This document shows, piece after piece, positions 24,292-36,828 of a DNA stretch of 64,000 nt; the first letter of the stretch is position 1, and each line of letters opens with the position of its first letter. A model generated the notes under the pieces. That model did not search any database, was not told the DNA's origin, and was given only the letters and a program-made list of their open reading frames with translations. The translations under genes and the position numbers were made by a program. Origin of the DNA: Octopus vulgaris (taxonomy: Eukaryota); the NCBI GenBank assembly GCA_951406725.2, contig OX597833.1, forward strand, positions 71,486,001 to 71,550,000, given 5' to 3'.

Positions 24292-25744
24292 AAAATGTTA
24301 GAAATAGCAGCCAAATTTTCCTTGACTCACACTGCACCATCTTAAGAAAAATGGAAAAAAATACTTTTCCCAATATATTCCTACATACCACTAAAAAGAC
24401 TGGATGGTCATGGCTGGAATGCATCTGATCATGCGACTACTCAATCAGGACTGACCTAGGACTAAACAACAACACTGCTTCATGAAGCATTAGTCATCAA
24501 ACATTAGTCACCAATAATGAAACTTGAATAAAGAATATTTCTGGAAAAAAAAAAATGTTCTGCAGAAAGAAGAGAAATAAAAAGTATCCACAAAAATTAT
24601 AAAGAAAGATGTTTTCTTTTGTGGAGATTGCTTCACTCTCGTCCGTCCTCTTTGTGGAGACACTAAAAACATAGAAGAACATATTTTATGGCAGGACAGA
24701 CTTTTATGGCATCGTGAAGAACACAAGATGAATTTGGAAATGTAATTCTAGGGAAGAAACGTTTATACATGGCAAAGTCCTGCCCACAAAATCAGGCAGT
24801 GATCATGCGAATGGAGTAAAATACCTGTTATGAAACAGAATCAGCAGGTGAACCAGTGGAGTGCTGAAGCCTGGTGTGGAGCAACATCACCAAACAATGG
24901 CCACTCACCTGGTTTTCTTACCAGAATACACAACATTATGCTCTTAGCTTTAATTCTCTTATGATTATCCATGAAACACCAAGGTGGTTGTACCACACCT
25001 ATCATTGCTGCCCACCTGCTTCAAGGTTAAAGGTGACACTATATTTGTCTTCTTGATACGCCTGCCAGAGACTAGGGAGATAATTTGCAGAACTGAAAAT
25101 GGTTGGTGACACAAATGAAGGCCTGTTAGCAAATGAACAATCAGTAAAGAAACAGCAAAGCAGCCTGGACTATGTAGCTGCAGCAGAGATTTTATAAAAA
25201 AAAAAAAAGATAAATAAAATTTACTGAGTAATTATATTTAGATCAATGATATTCGTTAAATCAAGTGATTTATAGGGTAGAAATTACTAAATAATGAAAT
25301 AACAGTTTTTGTAAGAGATGATTTCAGTTAACCCTAAGAAAATTACAGCAACAACTTTTCAACTAACATAATGGAAAATGTAGAGAAAATTTTCAAGGTA
25401 TTTTTTTCAACAAAAAAAGGTGTGGCTTCCATACTACAAAATATGGTAGTTAGGAAGGTCCATGTTTTTAATGCAGATATTCGAATGCTGGTCTGCCTCA
25501 TATCTCCTCCATGCACATTCACAGAGGGAAAACATGGAACAAAAAGTAACCAAAGATACACAAGTTTCCTGGTGTATCTGATATCGGGGACAGGCAACGG
25601 CATTCATGAAAGAGGCTGGATGAGACTTGGCTCATCATCAAATGGGCCAAACTTGTAAAATAAAATTCAAGGTAATTTCTCATTAGATGAGCCATTTAGG
25701 AAGTACTGCAGGCCACATGTTGCCCACAACTGTCTTATATACTC

Positions 25745-26162
25745 TTTTTTTTTTACTATTTTTACTTGTTTCAGTCATTTGACTGCGGCCATGCTGGAGC
25801 ACCGCCTTTAGTCAAGCAAATCGACCCCGGGACTTATTCTTTGTAAGCCCAGTACTTATTCTATCGGTCTCTTTTGCCGAACCGCTAAGTGACGGGGACG
25901 TAAACACACCAGCATCGGTTGTCAAGCGATGTTGGGGGGACAAACACAGACATACAAACATATACACACACTTATATATATATATATATACATATATACG
26001 ACAGGCTTCTTTCAGTTTCCATCTACCAAATCCACTCACAAGGCATTGGTCGGCCCGGGGCTATAGTAGAAGGCACTTGCCCAAGGTGCCAAGCAGTGGG
26101 ACTGTACCCGGAACCATGTGGTTGGTAAGCAAGCTACTTACCACACAGCCACTCCTGTGCCC
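25745..26162 (-). mobile_element. SINE family A, full-length, ~250 nt downstream of the ZNF stop codon and sense to the gene
   Basis: Near-identical to 13959-14373. Confidence 0.9.
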
Positions 26163-26414
26163 TATATGTGTACCATGTTCACATCTCTCTCTCACACAGA
26201 ATGGAACCATGGAATTACTGACAGCTGAAGAAACAGAAAACAAGACATGATTACCTGTTTCTTACGGACGCCCAAATGTTGGTAATGTGTCAAATGTCTT
26301 CCATCAACAAAAAAAAAATTAAAGAATAAGGGAGGGAAAAGAGACACAAAAAAGACAACAACAACCCCAGTTTACATATATTTTAAAATATTTATCAATT
26401 CTGTACACTTTGTT

Positions 26415-29207
26415 TCACATAGATTCAGTTTTCACGGCGACGGGAGGCTGTGTGCTGCCTGCCTCATCATTACAACCATCGTTTGTTGTTATGTCAGGAA
26501 TAGAATTGGAGTCTTCTGGCAGAATGTTTTCTTTGGTTGTGTTTTCGTGTTGGTTTTCCAAAACATTTAAAGCTGTTTTTATGTTGAGCACAGCATCACC
26601 AGTGACGCTGTCCCCACCAACACAGTTTCCTGGTTTCAGCTCGTTTGTGTTAGAATCAGTTTTTACAGTGTTTGGTGCACTTGCAAGACAAGTGTTGATA
26701 TGTTCGGTGTATTGGGAAATGGTGAAAGAAGTGTTGCAGTTGGTGCACTCGCACGTCTTGCTGTCGGCATAAAAACGCACGTGACGAGATAAGTCTGTGT
26801 ACGGAGCAGCCGAGTTCTCCGGAGTGACAGGTCCTTCCTGACTGGCGCCTGTGTCTGTCGAGGCCATCATTTCCTCTATTAAGGACATGTTAGAATAAGG
26901 GTCGCTCTCTTCCAACAAAGTACTGCAGGTGAAATCCTGTTGAAAGTATTGCGACTCGGGATGTGTGCGCATGTGTTTGTTGACGTGTGATGCTTGGGAA
27001 AAGGGTTTGCTGCAAATATGACAGCGGTAGGGTTTCTCACCCGTGTGTGTACGGTAGTGGCGGGTCAAGTTACCCGACTCGGTAAAAGCCTTCTTGCAAA
27101 TTTCACATCTGAATGGCTTGTCTTCCGAATGGATCCGTTTGTGTTTGTTCAGGACGCAAGACTGGAAAAACGATTTGTCACACACTTCACACTGATAAGG
27201 ACGCGAGCCAGAGTGAATACGCATGTGTCTCGAGAGGGAGCCAGACTCTGTGAAGACCTTGTTGCAGATGTGGCACTGGTACTGTTTCTCTTGGCAGTGA
27301 GTCTTCAAATGTTTTGTCAAATCAGCCGAAAGTCTGAAGGTCGCCTGACAAAAATGGCAACAATGAGATTTGTCTGCTGTATGTGTGTTCATGTGTTTCT
27401 GTAGATGAGTCGCTTGCGAGAAAGCTTTGCTGCAGACACTGCATTTGTACGGACGCTCTCCAGAATGTATTCTCATGTGGCGAGAGAGATTTCCGGATTC
27501 CGTGAAAGCCTTGCCACACGTTTTACATTTGTAGGGTTTCAGTTTCAAATGGATCTTACTGTGTCGGGTGAGGAAGCAATACTGAGAGAAAGTCTTTTGG
27601 CAGATATGACATTCAAAAACAGACGAGGATTTCGGCACGTTTGGAATGTCAGGCAGCAATCCCAACTCTGGAGGCAAATTACTATCAAGATACTGCGGAG
27701 TAAGAGGTTCTTGCATTAGGATCTGGTTTGCGGAATCTTCAACGATGCCGCTGGTTGGGCTGGGCTGGAGGGGTGCCACATCATATTCTGGTTGTAATAA
27801 AATAGGTTTGATTGCTTCAAGAGAGTCTTTTGATTCCTCCAAAGCCATAACGGTCGCTACAGCAGTTTCTTCGATATTAGCAGGACTGAGGATATCAATC
27901 TTGGCTTGTTCTTCAACATCCAAACCAGAATGAATCTTCACGTGTTCATATAAGCTGTCGAAATTGGAGAAACTCTTCGGACAAAGTTCACAAGAAAATG
28001 GTTTGTCAACAGTGTGAGTTTTCATGTGTTTATGAACGTGTGATGCTTGCGAGAACGATTTATAGCAAATACTGCAATGGAAGGGCCTCTCCCCCGTGTG
28101 GGTCCTGAAATGGCGAGTCAAGTTCCCTGATTCTTTGAAAACTTTTTCACAGATTGCACACTTGTAGCAGATTTTTCCGGAAGGGGAGTGTATTTTGATA
28201 ACATTAGATGAAACTTGCCGACGGCGCCCAGGGCGTATGTTGGGTTTATTGGCGCCGTTGTTGTTGGCTTTCATGCGGTTCTTACCGTTGTGTGTTTTAG
28301 TTTTAAAATGCTTCATTTTAAAATGTGTGCTTTTGTGTTTTGCTACGTGGGACAGCTGAGAGAATGGTTTCTCACAGATGTCACATTTAAAGGGTCTCTC
28401 ACCAGAATGAATTCTCATGTGACGACGAAGATTGCCAGACTCTGTGAAAGCTTTGTTACAAATGTAACACTGGAAGGGTCTTTCCCCAGAATGGACGCGT
28501 TTGTGTGTTGTGAGGTTACTGGACTGGGAGAAAGCTTTGTGACAAATGTTGCAACTGAAAACCTTACCACTCGAAGAATGATTATTCTCAAATCTGGTGA
28601 AATTCGTGGATTCAATATTTTTATTGTAAATATCACACTTAAAAGATTTGTCTTTTGTGTGAGATTTGGTGTGGTTGGCAAGGATGGATGCTTTGGGAAA
28701 ACTCTTTAAGCATATTTTACATTTAAAAGGTCTGGTGCGAGAGACATTTCCATTCATGTTTCTTCTTGAGATGGTGGAGGTTTTAAAACATTCGTTCACC
28801 ATATTATTATTATTATTATTATTTCCGGAGACAAGCTGGTTTCGTTTTCTTGTCAAAGGTGAATTTTTGCAACAAGGGCTCTGCTTTGGGTTCCGGTTGT
28901 TTAAGATAACATTGCAGCAATTATTTGGCTTGTTTGGTCTTGTGCATTCCATGAGACAAGGACTCGGTTGTGTCGGAGGATGACTCAATGGCAGGCTGGG
29001 ATGGTCAAAAGACTCGTTGCAAAGGTTGCAGTTAATTATATTGTCTCGACAATTGTCCAATTTGACATGTTTGGCCAACAAAGACAATTTGGGGAACCCT
29101 TTCAGGCAGATCCCACATTTGTAAGGGTTGATGTCTGGAGATAATTTTTTAGTTTGCTTGTAGGAAGCATTACAGCAAACTTGGCAGTTTTCTGATTGCT
29201 CATTCAT
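26415..29207 (-). CDS. Multi-C2H2 zinc-finger protein, 930 aa, single coding exon: 15 canonical C2H2 fingers in several clusters plus N- and C-terminal C2HC-type fingers
   Basis: Long uninterrupted ORF with repeated CxxC-x12-HxxxH motifs and Kruppel-type linkers (SGERPF, TGERPF, SGERPY, TGEKPY). No KRAB, BTB or other effector domain recognisable by eye. Confidence 0.96.
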   Translation of the reverse strand: MNEQSENCQVCCNASYKQTKKLSPDINPYKCGICLKGFPKLSLLAKHVKLDNCRDNIINCNLCNESFDHPSLPLSHPPTQPSPCLMECTRPNKPNNCCNVILNNRNPKQSPCCKNSPLTRKRNQLVSGNNNNNNNMVNECFKTSTISRRNMNGNVSRTRPFKCKICLKSFPKASILANHTKSHTKDKSFKCDIYNKNIESTNFTRFENNHSSSGKVFSCNICHKAFSQSSNLTTHKRVHSGERPFQCYICNKAFTESGNLRRHMRIHSGERPFKCDICEKPFSQLSHVAKHKSTHFKMKHFKTKTHNGKNRMKANNNGANKPNIRPGRRRQVSSNVIKIHSPSGKICYKCAICEKVFKESGNLTRHFRTHTGERPFHCSICYKSFSQASHVHKHMKTHTVDKPFSCELCPKSFSNFDSLYEHVKIHSGLDVEEQAKIDILSPANIEETAVATVMALEESKDSLEAIKPILLQPEYDVAPLQPSPTSGIVEDSANQILMQEPLTPQYLDSNLPPELGLLPDIPNVPKSSSVFECHICQKTFSQYCFLTRHSKIHLKLKPYKCKTCGKAFTESGNLSRHMRIHSGERPYKCSVCSKAFSQATHLQKHMNTHTADKSHCCHFCQATFRLSADLTKHLKTHCQEKQYQCHICNKVFTESGSLSRHMRIHSGSRPYQCEVCDKSFFQSCVLNKHKRIHSEDKPFRCEICKKAFTESGNLTRHYRTHTGEKPYRCHICSKPFSQASHVNKHMRTHPESQYFQQDFTCSTLLEESDPYSNMSLIEEMMASTDTGASQEGPVTPENSAAPYTDLSRHVRFYADSKTCECTNCNTSFTISQYTEHINTCLASAPNTVKTDSNTNELKPGNCVGGDSVTGDAVLNIKTALNVLENQHENTTKENILPEDSNSIPDITTNDGCNDEAGSTQPPVAVKTESM

Positions 29208-29396
29208 GATTTTGACCAGTTTTACTTCTAGAAGACAGAATTAATGAAGGGAGTTGGTTCCAGTCCTTTGTCTGAGAATTACGAGTCCGTTACAAGCCAG
29301 AGGAAAAGAAAGTCGGCTTAGCTGCTTGGTATTTAACAAACATGACACATGGAAGAAACCGACAGAGTTTTAGGTTCCTGGGTGGATGGAAAAACT

Positions 29397-29420
29397 CTGA
29401 AAAGAAAAATAAATAAAGTC
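29397..29420 (-). other. 3' splice acceptor of the ZNF coding exon (exon starts at 29396, ~190 nt before the ATG)
   Basis: Minus strand reads gactttatttatttttcttttcag|AGTTTT: a polypyrimidine tract followed by CAG. Confidence 0.7.
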
Positions 29421-30496
29421 AACATTGAATTAAATTTCAAGAAAAACAGTAAGAAAATATAGTATTTTCTGAAAAACAGAATTTGAAGAAAAACAGTATT
29501 CTAAGAAAAACAGTAAGAAAATATAGGAAGAAAAACAATTTCAAAAACATAAAATAGAAATTTAAAAAAGAAAGCAATACAGTTGCTATAGTAACAAATC
29601 ATTAATATTCACAGACATGAAATTAAATCAACGAGAAGAGCCTCAACTAAGTTTGGGGGGGGGGGGGGTGATGTTACTTATCTCTGGGTTAGCCTTGACG
29701 GAGCAAACTAAAGATCAAAGACATTCCAGGCATGGCAATCTCATTTGAATATTGCTAGCTGTATGTTGACCTCACCAGTGCTTGGTGCCGTGAAAGGAAG
29801 CATCAAGATGCTGCAAAATGGTTGGCATTAGGAATGGTATTCTGCTGGAGAAACCATTCCAAAACAGACATTGGAGCATGAAGCAGTTCTTGGATCCATC
29901 AGATCTTTTCAAACTGCCCATCTTCCATGCCAGCAGGAAGATGGACATTAAATGATGATGACGATGATGATGATGGCATGTCCCAATGTGTCTTTCTTCT
30001 TCTTCTTGAGGTGGTACAGTGTGGTTTGTGGCAGATCTCACAACCTTTTCTAAACCAAATCACTCCCTTATTGTCTCAACCATAAATGGTGAGTGCTGTT
30101 TAACCCTAGGTCAGTCAGCCTTTATTAAGTACATTACGATTTAAGGCATTCCAGCCATGACCACTCCCTCTTTTCCCTATGCACAGCAAACTCAGGACAC
30201 AGTATTCAATGTGCCATTATCTAAGACAATGGGATGCGATTTGAGTAAGATTTGGCTGTTATTTCTAGAAGATCTAATGATTATACAGGGATCCCACACT
30301 GTACTGTGGTATGAGAAAGGCACTGAGCCTCATCCAAGCAAAACGATGGGTGAGGTTAAGAACAAAAACAGAAACAACAGCTAAAGAAGCACCAAACTCA
30401 CTGCTGACTGGAACAGGAAATAAATGCCAATGTGTCTCATGTGGCAAGTGAGATAATTTTAATTAATTAATTAATGAAGACTGTATAGTTAAGATA

Positions 30497-30817
30497 CCTG
30501 TGCCGGTGACACGTTAAAAAAACCGTTTGAACGTGGCCGATGCCAGCGCCCCCTGAATGGCGTCTATGTTGGTGACACGTAAAAGCACCAACCGATCGTG
30601 GCCATTTGCCAGCCTCCCCTGGCCCATGTGCCAGTGGCATGTAAAAAGCACCCACTACACTCACGGAGTGGTTGGCATTAGGAAGGGCATCCAGCTGTAG
30701 AAACACTGCCAGATCAGACTGGAGCCTGGTGCAGCCTCCTGGCTCCCCAGACCCCGGTCGAACTGTCCAACCCATGCTAGCATGGAAAGCGGACGTTAAA
30801 CGATGATGATAATGATG
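30497..30817 (+). mobile_element. Family D retroposon
   Basis: Internal tandem units, core motif and (GAT)n tail. Confidence 0.85.
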
Positions 30818-33800
30818 TATCTGTAATAAGTAAAAGTAAACCTTGTCGAACAATGTTTCAATCAACCAAAAGGAAGGAAGACAACTGAAATTAATTAATT
30901 AGTCTTAATTTAAATATGCAATTATGTACCTCCTTTCATCTGCCCCCCCTGTAATCTCTTACAACTTCCACCCACCCACACTCCTGATCCCTCTGCCCTA
31001 CTTATTTCAACCCACCTTCAATCTTGAAGGTCCACCCTGGCACTTCACTCCCACCATATCTATTGCTTTCTGGCCCCACCCTCTCTCTTAAAATGTGAAT
31101 AGTCATGTAGCCCCTTCCACAGCAACAACCCTGTTCCATTCTGACCCCTTTTCTCATACATTTACCCATATTTAACCCCTCATCTCCTAGCATGAAGTTG
31201 CACCCTCAGGGTGCTTGGAGACTGTACAAGCGATGGTGGTATGAAAAAAAACCCCACCCATTCCACCCTGTAAAGTGGTTGATCTTATGAAAGGCATCCA
31301 GTTGTAGGAACCATTCCAAAGCAGACACTGGAGCAGGATGCAGTTCTTGGAGCCACTGGATCCTGTCAAACCATGCAATCCATACCAGCAAGGACCATGG
31401 ACATTAAATGAAGATGATGTGAATAGTTAACATAGTAAAGGAATAACCAAACTTGAGAAACCTCCGAGCATTTTCCGACCTCTTGGACCATCTTGGCAAA
31501 ATATAGCAATTGGAATGGTTGAACCAGAATCTAATTCTTTTCCACACCAGGCACAATGACCCCTTCACATTTTACAAGGAACAGCACTGGAAAGGTTTGA
31601 CATTAATGTTGTTTCTCGAACAGTTTGGGGTGCTTTTGTTGTTAGGGTCTGGGACTAAACATTCCAGCCATGACCATTCCCATTACTGTGTAAATCAAAG
31701 TTTTGTCGTGCGTATTCTGGTTTTTAGAATAGGTACACCATGTTCCTGTGCCCCATGTTATGAAAGGGCAACCAAAAGGGCTAGTGTCAGAGAGAGGACC
31801 TGACCACCCTTGAAAAGGACTGTCCAACCAATGTCAACCACAGAAAGGATGAAGTGATGAAGAGGAAGACTATATTTTCTCTTTCACTTGTTTCAATCAT
31901 TAGACTGTGGCCATGCTGGGGCAGCAATGCCTTGAAGAATTTTTAGTTGAAGAAATCGACCCCAGGACATATTTTAAGCCTGGTACTTATTCTATCGATT
32001 TCCTTTGCCAAACTGTTAAGTTAAAGGGATGTAAACACACCAATATTGGCACAAAAATACACGCACACACACACACACACGACAGGCTTCTTTCAGTTTC
32101 CATCCACAAAATCATGCCTTTCATGTTTTCAACGTTGATAAAATGAGAAGTCAAGCATTGGGGGGTCCGATGTAAGTGACTTACCCATCCACATAAAATT
32201 AGAATTATCAACATTTTAATAAATGCAGATTAATTCCACTTTCTTATATAAATGCTTCTATGGAAAGGCCATATGTGTCAATAATAATAATTTCTAGCAT
32301 TGATAGAAAAGAAGTTTCTGAGGGAGGAATGCTGCCAATTAAATGAACTCCGAGTAGAATCCCTGGAAGGGAAAGTCAAAGATGAAGGCAATAAAAATGT
32401 TTTTTCTGGTTAACCAGAAACCATTGAACTGGTTGCTGACACAGTTACTTCCCCTGTCAAACAGATTCCAACGTCTCCCAAAAATCCCAGATGGGGCCAA
32501 AAAGAAATTTCTATTCAGAACAACCCCGGCACAGAAGTTGCTTGTTTGGGGAAAATCTAGTTGTCTGCCCAAATTTCTGAACCCCAAATTCTGTTCCCAA
32601 ACAGTACAAGCAATGGCTCATGTTGTTGCAGATATCTGAACTTTACAGTGTAAAAAATAAGGAACGGAACAAAGTTGTCTGCTGACACAACTTGGATTGC
32701 TTAAAAGGAAGAAGTTAGATAGGTTCAGAAAGAGGGTTCTAAGCAATTGTGTTAGTCACCATACCAAGGGTCTTGCCTGAACCCTTTTTCTTTCCAATTT
32801 CCATTATGGTTGGGAGGCTTAAAGCAGTAAACTGGCGGAATGGTCTGACTTTATATACTGAATTCAAATTCTGCCGAGGCCGACTTTGCCTTTCACCCTT
32901 TCGAGGTTGATAAAGTAAGTACTAGTAGGGGCTGGGGGTGGGGTGATTGACTTACCCCCTCACCCGAAATTGCTGGCCTTGTGCCACAACATGAAACCAA
33001 TATGGTTGTGAGACTTGGACCAAGTACAGTTGACATATTAAAAGCCGGAGGCCTTCGATGTCCAATGTCCTGAGGCGGTGCTGTCAGTGAGCAGGAAGGG
33101 ACAGGATCAGAAACCCAGAACCCCTTCTGCTGACTCAACCCCTAACCCAGCAGAACTGAACCAGGCAGGTGATAGGAAGGACCGATTTGTAACATCTCCC
33201 GGGGGGTGGGGGTCCTCAACAGCCAGCCCCCTGCTGTTCTGTTTGGTGGTTTCACCCAACAATACAAGGAGAAACACCTGGCCTTTCCAACCAAACATTT
33301 TACACGACCCAGCTGGAGCCAAGACTGCACATCCAGGATCAGGATGTACAGGCACAGGTACAGCTGTGTGCTTCAGGAATTTACTTCTCAACCACAAAGT
33401 TTGAGTTCAGTCCCATGTCGCAGCATCTTGAGCAAGGACCTTCTATTATAGCCCAAGGTTGGTCAGAACATTGTAAGGGAATTTGGTGGAAGCAAACTGT
33501 AAAAGTCTATAGTGTATGTATGTGTGTATGCATGGTGCGTGTGAGCAAATATTTACAATTTGTGCCAAGTTACAAACGGTGATGGCACCATTTATGGTTG
33601 GGCTGCAGCTGGCCATGTTTGTTGAAATTTCCTGTGCTTTCAAATTCTTCTTGAATAAAAATCCTTGAAGTAAGGGTTGGCAACAGGAAAAGCATCTGGT
33701 TGTAAAAATCATACCTCAAAAACCTTCCTATCTATGTTGGCATGGAAAAACAGATGTTAAAATGAGTCATTCCAGGATTTCTGAAGATGATGGTCGTCAT

Positions 33801-34706
33801 CAGATTACGGACAACGAATATCTGGAAAATAGGTGATGGTCATAGCTGGAATTTTTTTGATAAAATTACGACCATCCTGGGGTCAAAGAACAACAATAGC
33901 AATGACCATATTACTTCTGTTCAACTAAATATCATTGAAACCCCAACACACATATTTACAAACATGCCAGATGAGTCAAAGAGGAAGCTGCTACAGGAAG
34001 GCACAAATTGCTAAAAGTTGCAACGAAGTCTGCCTCAAATTTTGTCCTAACAACTTAGGAAAGAAAAGGGAACACACAATGGGTAATGTAATCCAAGATA
34101 CACTTAACTTGAAAAACACAAAAACTAAAGATAGCCGTAAGTCAGACAGATGAGATTTGACCCTTTTAGATCAGACTAAAAAGACAAGCCTTTCCCCTCA
34201 GTCCAGACAAAAAAAAAAAAGGAGAGAGAGGGAGAAAAATTTCCCTGAAAGATAGGAGAAAGAACATTCTGGAGAGTTTATTTGTTGGAAAGGAAAGGAG
34301 TGAATAATGGCTTGGTCAGTGTGGGATGGAGATGGGGGGGGACACATAAAAGAAGAGAATCAGGAGAGATTGAGTGGATGGTGGCAGGAAAACAAGCAGT
34401 TTTGAGGGGCAGAGGCCATTATTAGGATGACAGTTGGAGTGTGTTGGTGGGTAACATCACAACAATCAATGAGGTGGTCATTAGATGCAGATGTATTTAC
34501 CTATGTAATTGTTCCTAATTTAAGCAATTGGTGGTGGTGGTTGGGGAGGGGAGAGGGGATTGTCGATTGCATTGACATCCAAAACTTGACTGGGGTTTTA
34601 TTTCATTGAAGCTGGAAAAAGGCAAAGTTGACGTTGGTGTGATTTGAACTCAGAATGTAAAGATTCACAAGAAACACCACCAGGTATTTTGTCCGATGCT
34701 CTAATA

Positions 34707-34870
34707 CAGGCAAGGGCAACCTTTTTCAAGAAGCAAGGAGCATGAGACATGGCTCAACATCAAACAGGCAGCACTAGTAAAAAGAAGAAAAAGAAAAGAA
34801 AAATCAAAGTAATTTTTCATTAGATGTGCCATTTAGAAAGCCCCACGTGCCACACAGGGGTTGCCCTTAA
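34707..34870. mobile_element. Degenerate hAT-like MITE; second copy at ~25580-25732
   Basis: GGGCAACC...GGTTGCCC termini; internal sequence ATGAGAC.TGGCTCA.CATCAAA...CATTAGATG.GCCATTTAG shared by both copies. Confidence 0.5.
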
Positions 34871-35649
34871 TTGGCTTAAATGCTCTCGCCTCCTCAGCTG
34901 GAAATGGATAACAAATAAGTTCTGGTGAATATCCCTTTTTCCAGCTGTCATATCCTGGATGGGATGCTGGTCAAAGGATGGGGAAGACAAGAAGGTTTTT
35001 GTATCTTCTCACAACTTTAGGGTCACCTCAAACAATTAGCAAAAGCTTGGCCCGTGTTACCAAGCCACACTGATTCATGGGTGACAACTGGCTCTGAAGT
35101 TCAGTGTGATGCAATTGTTTGTGGATTGGAAGAGATATTTTAGGGTGTCTAATTGAGGACATGACATTCAGACAGCAACCCATGCGGGGACATTGGCAGA
35201 AAGGCATATCAGCCCTTGTCCCCCCTTTGGACATCGGTGACATGGAGGGGAGACTTGCATCAATAGGCAGTAGCTGGGCTTCCATAAAAATAAACCTTGC
35301 CTAAGTCTGCATAAGTAAAATATAGGAGATAGAAACTGTACTGAAGCCCCTTATGAATGTGTGTGCGTAGAGAAGTTCACTTCCCAACCATATTTTTTTC
35401 AGGTTCCGTCACACAGTTTCAGACACTGAGTTTCTTCTACTAATAAAAACTCCAATCAAAACCTTGCGGGTGGATTTGGTAGCCAGAAAATGAAAAAAGC
35501 CCATTGTGTGTGTGTGTGTGTGTGTTGATGTTTGGTTGTGTTTGTGTTTCTCTAGATATCGCAGAGTCCCAAGCAGGGACAACATTGAAAATAAAAGATC
35601 CCTTACTTGAAAAACAAGTAAGGACTAGCAATGGGAAGGGTATCTAATT

Positions 35650-35872
35650 TCTTTCCTGGCCACAAGGGGCTACACACAGAGGGGACAAACAAGGACAAGC
35701 GGATTATGTCAATTATATTGACCCTAAGTGCATAACTGGTACTTATTTAATCGACTCTGAAAGGATGAAAGGCAAAGTCGACCTCGGCGGAATTTGAACT
35801 CAGAACGTAAAGAGAGATGAAACACTGCTAAGCATTTCGCCCGGCGTGCTAACGATTCTGCCAGCTCACCGC
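35650..35872 (-). mobile_element. SINE family C, full-length
   Basis: Reverse complement of 616-841. Confidence 0.85.
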
Positions 35873-36188
35873 CCTATACAGGAAGGGTATCTAGCTGTAA
35901 AGCAAGGCCCTTATAATAGATTAATCCAACCCATGACAGCATGGAAAAACAGATACTAAAAAGTGAATAAAATGTGTGGATGGCATCATCATTATTTGAC
36001 GTCCACTTTTCCAAGCCTGCATGGGTCAGACAGAATTTGTTGATTTTCTATGGCTGGATGCTCTTCCTGTCACCAAGCAAAGTGGATATTTCCCCCATCA
36101 CCAGACGTGGTCTTCACAGGCAACCAGAAACAAACATCGCCTGTATGATTCTGATGCTTATTTACAACCATCACATGATGCTGAGATA

Positions 36189-36226
<38 letters not shown>

Positions 36227-36384
36227 ATGAGCTTCTTTCTAAATCCATTTGCATGGCTTCGGTTGATTGAAAAGCAGTAGAAAAACACTTTGCTATGGTG
36301 AAACTGAACAGGGAACTAAACCCAAGACCACATGCTTGGGAAACAAGCTTTTCAACCACAGAGCTATACCTGTGCCTATATGTC

Positions 36385-36457
<73 letters not shown>

Positions 36458-36459
<2 letters not shown>

Positions 36460-36613
36460 TTAGCCACTACACACTTTTTTTTCTGTGTCCCTTTCTGTAG
36501 AAGAGCGTAGGCTCGAAACGTAGAAGACTTTTTCTATTCCTAAGCGTTGTACTAATACATCTGTTTGTTTTGTACACCACCTGTCTTTGTCTTTTGTTTT
36601 TTTCGTAAACTCT

Positions 36614-36616
<3 letters not shown>
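36458..36616 (+). mobile_element. Short (TA)n-embedded element with hammerhead-like fold
   Basis: CTTT-CTGTAGA-A-GAGC-gtag-GCTC-GAAAC-GTA-GAAG at 36491-36526; (TA)n on both sides; homologous to 63082-63270. Confidence 0.7.
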
Positions 36617-36647
<31 letters not shown>

Positions 36648-36652
<5 letters not shown>

Positions 36653-36828
36653 TAATCCAAACAAGAAAGCACAAAAAAACACAACAACGCGAGGACGTGG
36701 AACAAATAAAGTATTATTGAACGCTCAGGAAAGAAGGAGGGTTTAACGTTTCGAGCGGAGCTCTTCGTTGGAAACATAGAAGGAAAGATCCAGAGAAGGG
36801 AAGACAGAGGGAAAAAAATCGCCAACGG
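36648..36828 (-). mobile_element. Short (TA)n-embedded element with hammerhead-like fold, divergent subfamily
   Basis: Minus strand GTTT-CCAACGA-A-GAGC-tcc-GCTC-GAAAC-GTT-AAAC at 36775-36741; CCTGAGCGTTCAATAATAC motif. Confidence 0.65.

Noticed and set aside
26410-28983. Plus-strand and alternative-frame ORFs overlapping the ZNF
   Set aside because: Antisense or out-of-frame shadows of a real CDS, with no recognisable motifs.
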